Shown: positions 23,686 through 33,758 of the stretch, piece after piece
How the letters are laid out: each line of letters begins with the position of its first letter
How positions within the stretch are numbered: position 1 is the stretch's first letter
Assembly (NCBI GenBank): GCA_963796965.1
Contig: CAWCNS010000004.1
Span: forward strand, 480,001-544,000
DNA: 64,000 nucleotides
Reading direction: 5' to 3'
DNA from: Calditrichia bacterium
GTDB taxonomy: Bacteria; Calditrichota; Calditrichia; JAJRVZ01
Made by a program: the position numbers and the translations under genes
The notes under the pieces: generated by a model
Told to the model about the DNA's origin: nothing
Database searches by the model: none
Seen by the model: the letters and a program-made list of their open reading frames with translations, nothing else

Positions 23686-25917
23686 ATGATGAAATTCTTA
23701 GCCATTTTGATGATATTTTTGTTTGCCTGTGAGAAATCTCCTCAACATAAAAAATCCGTTGTCGATGAGCCCTTTATTCAGGAATACCATGTACCCTATA
23801 CTATTGGAGATAATCGGGCGACAAATGATGTAAGATCTATCCTCCTTGATCAGCGGAATAATATATGGGCTGCAACAAGGGCTGGTCTGTATTTTATGAA
23901 CCAGATGGATGGCAAATGGATAGAGTTGATGAATGATAAAAACCAAGGACCGGTTTTTGATCTTGCAATCGATGCTCAAGGAGTTGTATATATTGCCGCC
24001 TGGAATGGCATTTATAGATCGAAACCCATAGGTATTGAGAAAATAGATACAGTTAATGATCCAATTGCCGCTTTATGTATAGCAAACAATTCTATTTATG
24101 CTTTTGGTCCTGATGGAATGTGGCAAAAAGAAAACGGACAATGGAAAAAATCCTCTCCACCTTATTCGAAGGAATTTAAATCTGCTATTCCCGATCCTGC
24201 CGGTAATCTTTGGATTGCTACCGGAGTGGGTCTTTACCACCACCGTGCGGATGGATCTACACTTTATCAGAACGATGATGATTTAATATCTCCATATATT
24301 ACAGATGTGGCATACTCTGTGAATGGGGATCTTTGGGTAAGTAGTTTAGGTGGTATAAGCGTTTTACGCAATGGGAAAAAGATCGATCAGTACACACCGG
24401 AGGAGGGTCTGCCTACTATTGAAGTACAGACGATTAAACAGGGGCCTGATGGCCGGATGTGGGTTGGGACGACCCTTGGTGTTACACGCTTTGATGGCGT
24501 AAACTGGTCTCTGAGACATAGCAGACGCTGGTTGTTGTCAGATGATGTGAGAGATATTGATTTCGACTCGGAGGGCAATGCCTGGGTAGCCACGTCAGCA
24601 GGAGTCAGTGCGATAAAACAACGCGAAATGACAATGGTTAAAAAAGCAAAATATTTCCAGAGAATCCTTGAAAAACGCCATATACGGGAGCCCGGTCTGG
24701 TTGAAAAATGTCTTTTACCCATACCTGGTGATACAAGCCAATATCTACCCCGGGATGATGATAATGATGGACAATATACGTCTATGTATCTGGCAATGGA
24801 ATCATTTCGTTATGCCGTAACCAAATCACCTCAGGCAAAAAGTAATGCCAAACGTGCTTTTGAGGCACTCCATTTTTTACGAGAAGTAACGGAAACAGAT
24901 GGCTTTGTTGCACGGACGGTTATACCGGTCTCCTGGACACATATGGCCGATGCAAACCGGAAATTTACAGATCAGGAGTGGGCAAAAAGGCGAATTGACA
25001 ATCCTCGGGAAAAAAGGGTTGAACAACGCTGGCGTATATCAAAGGATGGCAAATGGAGATGGAAAGGTGATACCAGTAGTGATGAAATGACCGGGCATAT
25101 GTATGGTTATTTTTTCTATTATGAGCTGGTTGCAAATGACACCGAAAAAATGAGGGTCCGTGACCATGTTTGTCATATCGTCGATTACCTGATAGAAGGT
25201 GGTTTTAACCTGATTGATCTGGATGGAAACCATACCAAGTGGGGGGTCTGGTCGCCTGGCAAATTAAACGATGATCCGGATTGGAGAACGGAGCGGGGAA
25301 TTAATTCGCTGGAAATCTTGTCCTTTTTAAAACTAGCCCATCATGTGAGTGGTGATGATACATATCTCAAAGAATATAATAAATTATTGTATGAACATGA
25401 TTATCTGACTAATATCAACCAGGTCAAAACCACGAATCCAGCCTGGCGGACTCATATAGATGATGAGTTGCTTGCCCTGGCTTTTCCTGTATTAATGGAA
25501 TATGAAAAAGATCCCGGGCTCATCAGAACTTATAACAATAGTTTTGAACAATGGTACAAAGCAGCTGGCCAGGATTGCAGTCCTTATTTTAACTTTCTTT
25601 ATGGTGCTTACAGAGGGTATGATCCCAATCTGGATTGCTCAATAGAAAATTTACGTGATACGCCTCTGGATCTCGTCCAGTGGCGTGTAGACAATACAAA
25701 AAGAGAGGATCTGGAGTTGACCCGGCTACCAGAGTATGAGTTTATTCAGACGAACCGTCTTGTGCCAATAAGTGAACGTGGTGGGGTTATGCGCTGGGAT
25801 AGGAACCCCTGGCAGGCGATACAGGGAAATGGTGGCCATACCGAGAGCGATGGTGTTTTTTGGCTATTACCTTACTGGATGGGCCGGTACTATGGTTTTA
25901 TCACTGAACCCCAATAA
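23686..25917 (+). CDS. Lipoprotein with an N-terminal Reg_prop-like beta-propeller and an uncharacterised C-terminal helical domain (paralog 1 of 3)
   Basis: LFAC lipobox; repeated DxxGxxWxaTxxG blades; C-terminal DDDNDGQYT, WKGDTSSDE, WLLPYWMGRY. Confidence 0.8.
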   Translation: MMKFLAILMIFLFACEKSPQHKKSVVDEPFIQEYHVPYTIGDNRATNDVRSILLDQRNNIWAATRAGLYFMNQMDGKWIELMNDKNQGPVFDLAIDAQGVVYIAAWNGIYRSKPIGIEKIDTVNDPIAALCIANNSIYAFGPDGMWQKENGQWKKSSPPYSKEFKSAIPDPAGNLWIATGVGLYHHRADGSTLYQNDDDLISPYITDVAYSVNGDLWVSSLGGISVLRNGKKIDQYTPEEGLPTIEVQTIKQGPDGRMWVGTTLGVTRFDGVNWSLRHSRRWLLSDDVRDIDFDSEGNAWVATSAGVSAIKQREMTMVKKAKYFQRILEKRHIREPGLVEKCLLPIPGDTSQYLPRDDDNDGQYTSMYLAMESFRYAVTKSPQAKSNAKRAFEALHFLREVTETDGFVARTVIPVSWTHMADANRKFTDQEWAKRRIDNPREKRVEQRWRISKDGKWRWKGDTSSDEMTGHMYGYFFYYELVANDTEKMRVRDHVCHIVDYLIEGGFNLIDLDGNHTKWGVWSPGKLNDDPDWRTERGINSLEILSFLKLAHHVSGDDTYLKEYNKLLYEHDYLTNINQVKTTNPAWRTHIDDELLALAFPVLMEYEKDPGLIRTYNNSFEQWYKAAGQDCSPYFNFLYGAYRGYDPNLDCSIENLRDTPLDLVQWRVDNTKREDLELTRLPEYEFIQTNRLVPISERGGVMRWDRNPWQAIQGNGGHTESDGVFWLLPYWMGRYYGFITEPQ

Positions 25918-25941
25918 AATCTCAAAATAGGTAGAAATTTA

Positions 25942-26138
25942 TTTCACGCAACGACGCAAAGACGCAAAGAAAATTATTTTTTAAATTTGTCATGCTGAAC
26001 TCATTTCTAAATCTATTCATGATATTATTCTTATTGAGAATGTAAAACAAGCCGCTGCTAACCACAGATCAAAGATTAGAAGGGCCTGGAAAATTTTAGT
26101 ATCAATTTTTCTTGGCGTCTTGGCGACTTTGCGTGAGA
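25942..26138. repeat. Family C element enclosing a truncated family A copy at 25989
   Basis: TTTCACGCAACGACGCAAAGACGCAAAG ... GTCATGCTGAACTC ... CTTGGCGTCTTGGCGACTTTGCGTGAGA. Confidence 0.8.
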
Positions 26139-26159
26139 AAAACAATCTATTAAGGAGAC

Positions 26160-27442
26160 ATGATCATGCGTTTAATTTCAATAATTTTATCCTGATCATT
26201 GTAATGTCTGCAATTCCTGTTGTCGGGGAAAACGGTGGCTTTAAAGCCGGGGCGGCGAAACGTATCATTACCCCGGAACAGCTCTTGCCGATCTCCGGTG
26301 GTATTGGGACACCTCTCCCAGCAACGCAAAAAAAGGGTGATCTTTTCGCCCGGGTGATGGTCCTGGAAAAGGGAGATACCCGTATAGCTATTGTTGGAAT
26401 CGATAATCTCGGCTGGCCATCTGTGTTGGCCAATAAGGTCAGAAAACTTGTTCCTTCTATTCCACCCGAAAATATCCTGATCGGTGTAACGCATACGCAT
26501 AGTGCTCCTGATGCTTATGGTTTTACAGATGAACAGGGCAAGAGTAGTGCAGATTTTGAATATTTGGACTGGTGTGTTACCCAAACCGCTGAAGCCATAA
26601 ATGAAGCCGTAGAAAGTCTTCAGGAAGCAGAACTCAAAATTGCTGTAGAAAAAGCCAGAGGAAAAATAGCGTATAATGCATATGCAGAAAAGTTATATGA
26701 TCCCCGCTGTGGCGTCATTCAGGCTATAGCGACAACCGGAACCGAAAAAGGTCAGGTCATTGTTACGATGGTAAACTATGCTACCCATCCTGAGATATTA
26801 GGACCCAAAAGAGGCATTATCAGTCCGGATATGTGTGGTCCTCTCTATGATCGAATTGAATCAAAGGTTGGAGGTATTGCTGTATTTATGAATAGTGCCC
26901 AGGGTGGGATGGTCACGGCCGATAATCGATTGGAAAATGGTAAAGAAGTCGCAACCTGGGAAGAGTGTATCCGAAATGGTACTCTATTGGCTGACGAAGC
27001 ATTACGGATAATAAAGGAAGTCGAACCACTAAAGAATCCAGGGTTGTTATGCGCCACAGAATTTGTGAAATTGCCGATTGAATCGGAATTAATGCGCTAT
27101 GTTCTTGACCATTCGCCTTACAAATCAGAAATAGGCGACGATTATGTGGTCACCACCCAAGTTAACCTTCTGAATATTGGAACCGCTCAGTTGTTGACCA
27201 TACCAGGAGAAGCTCTGCCCAATATCGGCTTTTATTTAAAACGCAAAATGAATACGGATCAGGCTTTCCTGCTTGGATTAACCAATGATGCGTTTGGTTA
27301 TCTTCTTACGAAGGTTGATTATAATAGTTTTGAACGTTATGATTATATCAGTCGGACAAGCCTGGGCGAAATGACGGGAGAAATATACATTGAAGAAGCG
27401 CTTAAGTTAATTGCTAAAACCCCGAAACCTGATGGGAAGTAA
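26160..27442 (+). CDS. Secreted neutral/alkaline ceramidase-like hydrolase; one frameshift in the signal peptide
   Basis: AAGGAG precedes ATG at 26160, which is out of frame by one base near 26185. FKAGAAKRIITP, THTHSAPD, NYATHPE, TIPGE and GLTNDAFGY fit the ceramidase-like fold. Confidence 0.7.
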
Positions 27443-27465
27443 GCAATATCTAAAAAGTATAAATA

Positions 27466-27511
27466 ACCTCCCTCATTCCCCCTCCTTAGTAAGGAGGGGG
27501 AATGAGAGGGT
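27466..27511. repeat. Near-perfect GC-rich palindrome upstream of xylA (REP-like or terminator)
   Basis: CTCATTCCCCCTCCTTA-G-TAAGGAGGGGGAATGAG. Confidence 0.75.
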
Positions 27512-27552
27512 GGTAATTCAAAATAAATAGATTAATCCCCAAGGAGAATAAA

Positions 27553-28887
27553 ATGGCAACAAAGGTATTAACCGGAGCAAAAGAGTATTTTTCCGGGATT
27601 GGAAAAATTCCTTTTGAAGGGCCAAAATCCAAAAATCCCTTAGCTTTTAAGTATTATGATGAAGATAAATCAATCGCTGGTAAAAAGATGACGGATCATT
27701 TCCGATTTGCTGTCGCTTATTGGCATACCTTCTGTGGGACGGGTGCCGATCCCTTTGGCCCGGGTACAAAGGATTTCCCATGGCTTCAAAGCTCAGATCC
27801 CATGCAAATCGCTTTTGACAAACTTGATGCCGCATTTGAATTTACTTCAAAATTAGGTGTGCCTTTCTATTGTTTTCATGATCGCGACATGGCTCCGGAA
27901 GGGGGTTCTATTGCTGAATCGGAAAAGAATCTCATGGAATTGGTCAAAGCTGCAAAAGCAAAACAAAAAGCGTCCGGTGTTAAACTGTTATGGGGTACGG
28001 CCAATCTTTTTTCGCATCCCCGCTATATGAATGGGGCGGCTACTAATCCTGATTTTGCCGTATTAACCCATGCAGCAGCTCAGGTTAAAGCAGCACTCGA
28101 AGCAACGGTAGAACTCGGCGGTGCAAATTATGTTTTTTGGGGAGGACGTGAGGGATACTTTTCCTTATTAAATACCGATATGAAAAAAGAGTTGGATCAC
28201 CTGGGAATGTTTCTTGCCAAAGCCCGGGATTATGGTCGGAAAATCGGATTCAAGGGTACCTATTTGATCGAGCCTAAACCGATGGAACCAACCAAACACC
28301 AGTATGATTTTGATACAGCCACAGTCATCGGTTTCTTAAAAGAATATGGATTAGCGGATGATTTCAAAATTAATATTGAAAACAATCATGCTACGTTGGC
28401 TCAACATACTTTTGCCCATGAGATTCAGACAGCTGTTAATGCCGGATTGTTGGGTAGTTTGGATATCAACCAGGGCGATCCTCATAATGGTTGGGATACG
28501 GATGAATTTCTTTATAACCTATACGACGCAGTTCCGATAATGTTGGTTTTACTCAAGGGCGGGGGTATAGGTAAGGGTGGAATGAATTTTGATGCCAAAA
28601 CCCGTCGTAATTCTACTGATTTAGAAGATATTTTTATTGCCCATATAAGTTCTATGGATACCCTTGCCCGTGGATTAATGATTGCCGATAAAATATTGAA
28701 AGAATCCGATTATTTGAAGATGCGTAAAAAACGCTATGCCAGTTTCCAATCAGAAAAAGGTAAGGCTTTCGAGAAAGGGAAGTTAAAACTCGACGATTTG
28801 GCAAAATTAGCTGCCAAAAGTGGTGAACCGAAACAGATTAGTGGCAAACAAGAGTTGCTGGAAAGTATGATTAATCAGTATTTGTAA
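27553..28887 (+). CDS. xylA: Xylose isomerase (class II)
   Basis: [55 protein letters not shown]; strong AAGGAG RBS. Confidence 0.97.
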   Translation: MATKVLTGAKEYFSGIGKIPFEGPKSKNPLAFKYYDEDKSIAGKKMTDHFRFAVAYWHTFCGTGADPFGPGTKDFPWLQSSDPMQIAFDKLDAAFEFTSKLGVPFYCFHDRDMAPEGGSIAESEKNLMELVKAAKAKQKASGVKLLWGTANLFSHPRYMNGAATNPDFAVLTHAAAQVKAALEATVELGGANYVFWGGREGYFSLLNTDMKKELDHLGMFLAKARDYGRKIGFKGTYLIEPKPMEPTKHQYDFDTATVIGFLKEYGLADDFKINIENNHATLAQHTFAHEIQTAVNAGLLGSLDINQGDPHNGWDTDEFLYNLYDAVPIMLVLLKGGGIGKGGMNFDAKTRRNSTDLEDIFIAHISSMDTLARGLMIADKILKESDYLKMRKKRYASFQSEKGKAFEKGKLKLDDLAKLAAKSGEPKQISGKQELLESMINQYL

Positions 28888-28924
28888 GCTCATTTATTGT
28901 TTGGAATAAATAGATAGAATTCAC

Positions 28925-28956
28925 ACGCTATGCGCCTGGCGTAATATGCATAGCGT
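28925..28956. repeat. Hairpin after xylA (family F)
   Basis: ACGCTATGCGCCTGGCGTAATATGCATAGCGT; second copy at 47052. Confidence 0.65.
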
Positions 28957-28982
28957 TATTATTTGTATATAAGAAGCCCCCC

Positions 28983-29993
28983 ATGAGCGATTTAAATAAT
29001 CTACTCAAGCTTATTCAAGATCTACATAATTTGATTCGAGATGAAGTTGTCGGTGCTTTTGATAATAATGCTCCCGAAAAGATGGCAGCCATTGCCCGTG
29101 AAGAAGAAGGGGATACGATTTTTGCTATTGACCTTGTCAGTGAAGAAGTTTTACTTGAGTTTTTCAAAAAAGAAATTGCCCCTTCTTTTCCTCTGGTTTT
29201 AATTGCAGAAGGACTACCCGATGGTCAGATTTTGCTCCCTGAGGGAGTTACGGATGAAGAAGCGCGATGGCGAATCATAATGGATCCGATTGATGGAACC
29301 CGTGTTTTGATGTATCAAAAACGCAGTGCCTGGATCCTAACAGGGGTAGCGCCAAATCTGGGACCTGAAACCAACCTTCAAGATATTCAGCTGGCAGTTC
29401 AAACGGAAATACCCCTTCTTAAACAACATCTATCTGATAGTCTATATGCGATCAGGGGGCAGGGCGCAAAAGCCTTACGCTATAATCGCTTGAATGGAGA
29501 AACAAAACCTATTGTTCCGCAACCATCCCAGGCACAATCCATCGAACAGGGATTTGCGATGATATCACGTTATTTTCCGGGTGCCCGCGAGGTACTAGCT
29601 GAAATCGATGAAGAAGTAATCCAGGGGGCTCTTGGCCCAGTACAATTCGGGAAAACCCACTGTTTTGAAGATCAGTATATCAGTGACGGCGGCAGACTCT
29701 ATGAATTGTTGATTGGTCATGATCGATTTGTGGCAGATTTACGTCCCTTAATGGATAAAGTTCTCAGTCAGCGGAATCAGGCTTTGGGTATCTGCTGTCA
29801 TCCCTATGATATCTGTACCGAATTAATCGCCCGGGAATTTGGAGTGATTATCACCGATCTTTCTGGGAATCCCTTAAATGTCCCATTAAATGTTGAAAGT
29901 GATGTGGGTTGGGTTGGATATGCAAATGAGAGTATTCGCTTGCAGATTGAACCTTTGTTACAGCGAGCCTTAAAAAAGCGTGGATTAATTTAG
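28983..29993 (+). CDS. Inositol monophosphatase / FBPase (FIG) superfamily phosphatase
   Basis: [18 protein letters not shown], and HPYDI in place of the usual WD motif. Confidence 0.85.
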   Translation: MSDLNNLLKLIQDLHNLIRDEVVGAFDNNAPEKMAAIAREEEGDTIFAIDLVSEEVLLEFFKKEIAPSFPLVLIAEGLPDGQILLPEGVTDEEARWRIIMDPIDGTRVLMYQKRSAWILTGVAPNLGPETNLQDIQLAVQTEIPLLKQHLSDSLYAIRGQGAKALRYNRLNGETKPIVPQPSQAQSIEQGFAMISRYFPGAREVLAEIDEEVIQGALGPVQFGKTHCFEDQYISDGGRLYELLIGHDRFVADLRPLMDKVLSQRNQALGICCHPYDICTELIAREFGVIITDLSGNPLNVPLNVESDVGWVGYANESIRLQIEPLLQRALKKRGLI

Positions 29994-30120
29994 GTATACG
30001 GGTGCAATAAAAATTCCCAAAGATTACCCCGACGAATAAAATAATATGCTTTTACAATACCGTGTGGTAAATATATTTTGTATTAAAATGTAATGCTGGT
30101 GATTTAAATAGAGAGATAGT

Positions 30121-31431
30121 ATGCCAAAGGAATATCATAAGAAAAGCCCTACGGCTGGAGAACTCACATCCGAACAGAATTCCTGGCGATGGAAAGTATT
30201 AATTGCAACTTATTTTGGCTATGCCGGGTATTATCTTACCAGGAAGGTCTTTTCTATATGTAAAACCTCGCTGGCAGAAGAGTTTAATGTTGGTTTAGAC
30301 AGTATTGCCCATATCTGGACAGCGTATTTGATTGCCTATATGCTGGGAATGTTTATCAATAGTTTCATCGGTCGGAGATGGGGCCCACGAGTTCTTTTGC
30401 TGGGTGGTTTGGGATGCTCGATGATCATCAACATCATCTTCGGTTTTGCAAATTCTATCACGACATTCATCGTTTTTATGTTTTTTAATGGTTTGGTGCA
30501 GGCCAGTGGCTGGCCGGGAACGGTTGGTGGTGCGGCCCAGTGGATTCGTCGCAAAGAACGTGGTGTTGTGATGGGTTTCTGGTCCACAAATTATCTGGTT
30601 GGAAATGTTATGGTGAAGATGCTCGGAGGATTTCTCCTTGGCATGTCCGGTTGGCGTTATGCCTTCTGGGGAGCGACATTAGCAGCCTTTGTCATCTGGT
30701 GGTTGTTATACTTCTGGCAACGCACAAAGCCTGAGGATGTTGGCCTCGATCCGATTGTAGGACAGGAGGGAGACAGTGACCGTGAAGTTAAGGCATCTCT
30801 TGAGGAGCGTCTGTCATTCCGTAAATACTCAAAATTATTGTTAAATCCAATCGTTCCTTTAATGGGATTAAGTTATTTTTGTATTAAATTTCTCCGGTAT
30901 GCCTTAGATTCCTGGCTTCCAACCTTTCTTAATCTGCAGGGTCTTGATAAGGCCGCGGCAGCTTATTACTCAACTATCTTTGATTATGCGGGTCTTGGTG
31001 GTGTGATATTGGCCGGGCTTGCTCTTGATCGCATATTCAAAAGCAGGTGGGAACGTGTCAGTTTGGTTATGGCAATCGGCCTCGTTGGAGGTTATATTCT
31101 TGTCCTTCAGTTTGGTCAGGACCCGATCGCAATGGCATTCAGTTTCGGATTAGTCGGTTTTATGCTCTATGGACCTGATTCACTTCTCTGTGGAGCGGCA
31201 TCGGTTCAGGTAGCTGGAGAAAAAAACGCTGTGGCTGTAGCCGGGATTGTAAATGGCCTGGGAAGCATCGGTCCGGTCATTCAGGAGGAGGTGATTGGCT
31301 GGCTGATGAGTGGGAAATCAATTGAAACAGGTATGAATAATACCAATTTGCTCGCGATTATGATGAGTGTTTTTCTAGTATTAAGTTTGTTAATTATCAA
31401 CTGGCAACTTAAATCTCAAAGAAAAAGCTAA
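30121..31431 (+). CDS. MFS transporter, organophosphate:Pi antiporter (GlpT/UhpT-like) family
   Basis: YAGYYLTRK, NGLVQASGWPG, ERGVVMGFWST, KFLRYALDSWLP, YGPD; about 12 TM segments. Confidence 0.85.
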   Translation: MPKEYHKKSPTAGELTSEQNSWRWKVLIATYFGYAGYYLTRKVFSICKTSLAEEFNVGLDSIAHIWTAYLIAYMLGMFINSFIGRRWGPRVLLLGGLGCSMIINIIFGFANSITTFIVFMFFNGLVQASGWPGTVGGAAQWIRRKERGVVMGFWSTNYLVGNVMVKMLGGFLLGMSGWRYAFWGATLAAFVIWWLLYFWQRTKPEDVGLDPIVGQEGDSDREVKASLEERLSFRKYSKLLLNPIVPLMGLSYFCIKFLRYALDSWLPTFLNLQGLDKAAAAYYSTIFDYAGLGGVILAGLALDRIFKSRWERVSLVMAIGLVGGYILVLQFGQDPIAMAFSFGLVGFMLYGPDSLLCGAASVQVAGEKNAVAVAGIVNGLGSIGPVIQEEVIGWLMSGKSIETGMNNTNLLAIMMSVFLVLSLLIINWQLKSQRKS

Positions 31432-31510
31432 ACTGCAATAACTACACGATATCAATTTGCACAACTCGTGTGATACTACCATGATTAGAATAATTAATGA
31501 GATTCTCTGA

Positions 31511-32404
31511 TTGAAAAAGAAATTATTAGTAACAGGTTCAGCTGGGTTTGTGGCTGGTAGTGTCATTGTCCAGGCAATACCATTATGGGATGTATATGCT
31601 CTTGATCGTATGGATATTTCATCTTCAATCTATAAGTTTTCATCTTTCAAATCTGATTTAACTAAATCCGCCCATCTTGAAGATATATATAATCAAATCA
31701 ATCCGGATACTGTGATTCATACCGCAGCTTTGGCCGACATTGATTATTGTCAGAACAACCAGCAGGAAGCACAATTGATAAATGTTGAAGTGACCCGACA
31801 ACTGGCAAATCTCTGCAAAAAAAACAATACCAGGTTAATACTTTGTTCAACTGATACGGTGTTTGATGGTAAAACAGGTTATTATGCAGAAGAAGATCAA
31901 CCCGTCGCAGTTAATTATTACGCAGAAACAAAAATACAGGCAGAAAAACTGATTGAAGAGCTTAACTTTAATGCGGTTCTTGCCCGATTGTCCTTAGTTA
32001 TGGGATTGCCCGTTCTGGGAAGTGGTAATTCATTTTTAGAAATGACTATCCGGAAATTAAAAATTGGTGAGCAAGTCCCCTTTCCAGAGAATGAAATTCG
32101 CACGCCGATTGATGTTGTAACTTTGGGTGCTGCACTGGTGGAATTGGCTGGAAATGATTATAGGGGCATTCTTCACCTGGCTGGTAATGACCGTGTTAAC
32201 CGTTATGAAATGGCCTGTCAGATTGCTGTTAGTCTGGGATATTCACCTGATTTGATCATTGCTTCCAATTCAAATGCCTTGGCGGGGCGGGCACCGCGTC
32301 CAAATGACGCCTCATTAAACAATAGCAAAACCAAAAAAATATTAAGCACGCCCATGCAGTCTTTACAACAGGGATTGCAAGTGACACTAAACTTTCGAAA
32401 ATAG
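31511..32404 (+). CDS. RmlD-like (dTDP-4-dehydrorhamnose reductase family) extended SDR
   Basis: VTGSAGFVAG, HTAALADIDYC, STDTVFDG, YAETK (YxxxK), RAPRP. Confidence 0.85.
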   Translation: MKKKLLVTGSAGFVAGSVIVQAIPLWDVYALDRMDISSSIYKFSSFKSDLTKSAHLEDIYNQINPDTVIHTAALADIDYCQNNQQEAQLINVEVTRQLANLCKKNNTRLILCSTDTVFDGKTGYYAEEDQPVAVNYYAETKIQAEKLIEELNFNAVLARLSLVMGLPVLGSGNSFLEMTIRKLKIGEQVPFPENEIRTPIDVVTLGAALVELAGNDYRGILHLAGNDRVNRYEMACQIAVSLGYSPDLIIASNSNALAGRAPRPNDASLNNSKTKKILSTPMQSLQQGLQVTLNFRK

Positions 32405-32416
32405 AGGATTCAGACG

Positions 32417-33619
32417 ATGGGTAATCCGGAAATAAAACATGATTTACAGATAAAATTTGGCAGCATGTATGGACCGGAAGAAGAGGCGGCAGCTCTGGAG
32501 GTATTGCGGAAAGATGCACCTACCAGTGGTGATTATTGCATTCAGTTTGAAAAAAATTTTGCAGAATATTGCGGTACCGAATTTGCCCGCGTAGTGAGCA
32601 ATGGTACGGCCGCCCTTTTTCTTTCCATGGTTGGCCTTGATGTTGGTTCGGGAGACCATGTAATCACGACACCACTGACCTGGATTGCTACCGCAGCAGC
32701 CCCTGTCACCCTTGGCGCGGAGTTGGATTTTGCAGATATTGATCCGCTAACCTATAATATAGATCCTGCTTCGCTGGCAGAGAAAATTAAGCCAAATACT
32801 AAGGCAGTTATCCCTGTCCACCTTTATGGGCAGGTATGTGATATGGATCCAATCCTGGCTCTATCAAAAAAGCATGGTTTTGCAGTCGTAGAAGATGCTT
32901 GTCATGCGGTTGGTGCCGAATATCGTCATCGCAAAGCAGGTTCATTCGGGCATACGGGATGTTTTAGCTTTCACGAACAGAAAAATATGTCAACTTTAGG
33001 AGAAGGGGGTATAATTGTAACCGATGATCCGAAACTTTTCGAGCGAATTGCTCTTTATCGATCCCATTGTACCCGTGTCCATGGATCAAGTACAAAATAT
33101 TGTAAATTGGATGAGCAACAATTCCCGGTCGGAAAAAAATTCTGGTGGCAGGATTTTGATGACTGTGGTTATAATTTTCGGATGACGGATATTCAGGCCG
33201 CGGTGGGTATTGAACAACTTAAAAAGCTTGACAAACTAAATCAAAGACGCATTGATAATGCGGCTTACCTTTCCGATAATCTGAATGATCTGGATGGGCT
33301 GTCTCTGCCATTTGTCCAATCTGAAAATAAACATGTTTTTCATCTTTATCCTATAATGATAGATCCGGATGTGTTTGGTATGAATAAGGAAGATTTTATA
33401 TACAATTTGTATCATAAGTATGGCATTAAAGTAGGCTTTCATTATATTCCTCTAAATTGGACAACAGCATTTCAAAACCGAGGTTTTAAAAGAGGTCAGT
33501 ATCCAAACGCTGATAGAGTAGGGGAGCAATTGATTACATTACCAATTAATCCAAGGCAAAATATAGAATCCCTGGACTATATGATTGAGAGTATCAGGAA
33601 ATTATCTATTCTTGTTTAG
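32417..33619 (+). CDS. DegT/DnrJ/EryC1/StrS family PLP-dependent sugar aminotransferase
   Basis: SNGTAAL, PVHLYGQ, EDACHA, FSFHEQKNMSTLGEGG (PLP lysine), GYNFRMTDIQAA. Confidence 0.93.
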   Translation: MGNPEIKHDLQIKFGSMYGPEEEAAALEVLRKDAPTSGDYCIQFEKNFAEYCGTEFARVVSNGTAALFLSMVGLDVGSGDHVITTPLTWIATAAAPVTLGAELDFADIDPLTYNIDPASLAEKIKPNTKAVIPVHLYGQVCDMDPILALSKKHGFAVVEDACHAVGAEYRHRKAGSFGHTGCFSFHEQKNMSTLGEGGIIVTDDPKLFERIALYRSHCTRVHGSSTKYCKLDEQQFPVGKKFWWQDFDDCGYNFRMTDIQAAVGIEQLKKLDKLNQRRIDNAAYLSDNLNDLDGLSLPFVQSENKHVFHLYPIMIDPDVFGMNKEDFIYNLYHKYGIKVGFHYIPLNWTTAFQNRGFKRGQYPNADRVGEQLITLPINPRQNIESLDYMIESIRKLSILV

Positions 33620-33758
33620 AAAGAAAATAAAGGCTACACAAATTCTGATCATAGAGTGGAAATTGCAGGCTTTTTAACTGATATATTTCTTTTGGAACGG
33701 GCAGTTTCTATCTAATCGCCAAGAGAAGTATTGAAAAGAGATTTAAAGGAGAATTTTA

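Noticed and set aside
23686..25917. Hybrid two-component sensor call for the propeller proteins
   Set aside because: There is no TM helix, histidine kinase, receiver or AraC domain after the propeller.
26120..26160. TTG start called for the ceramidase-like gene
   Set aside because: It lies in a repeat arm. The RBS-supported ATG at 26160 with one indel gives a proper signal peptide.
31511..33619. O-antigen or rml biosynthesis locus
   Set aside because: No rmlA/B/C, glycosyltransferase, flippase or polymerase genes are present in the window.
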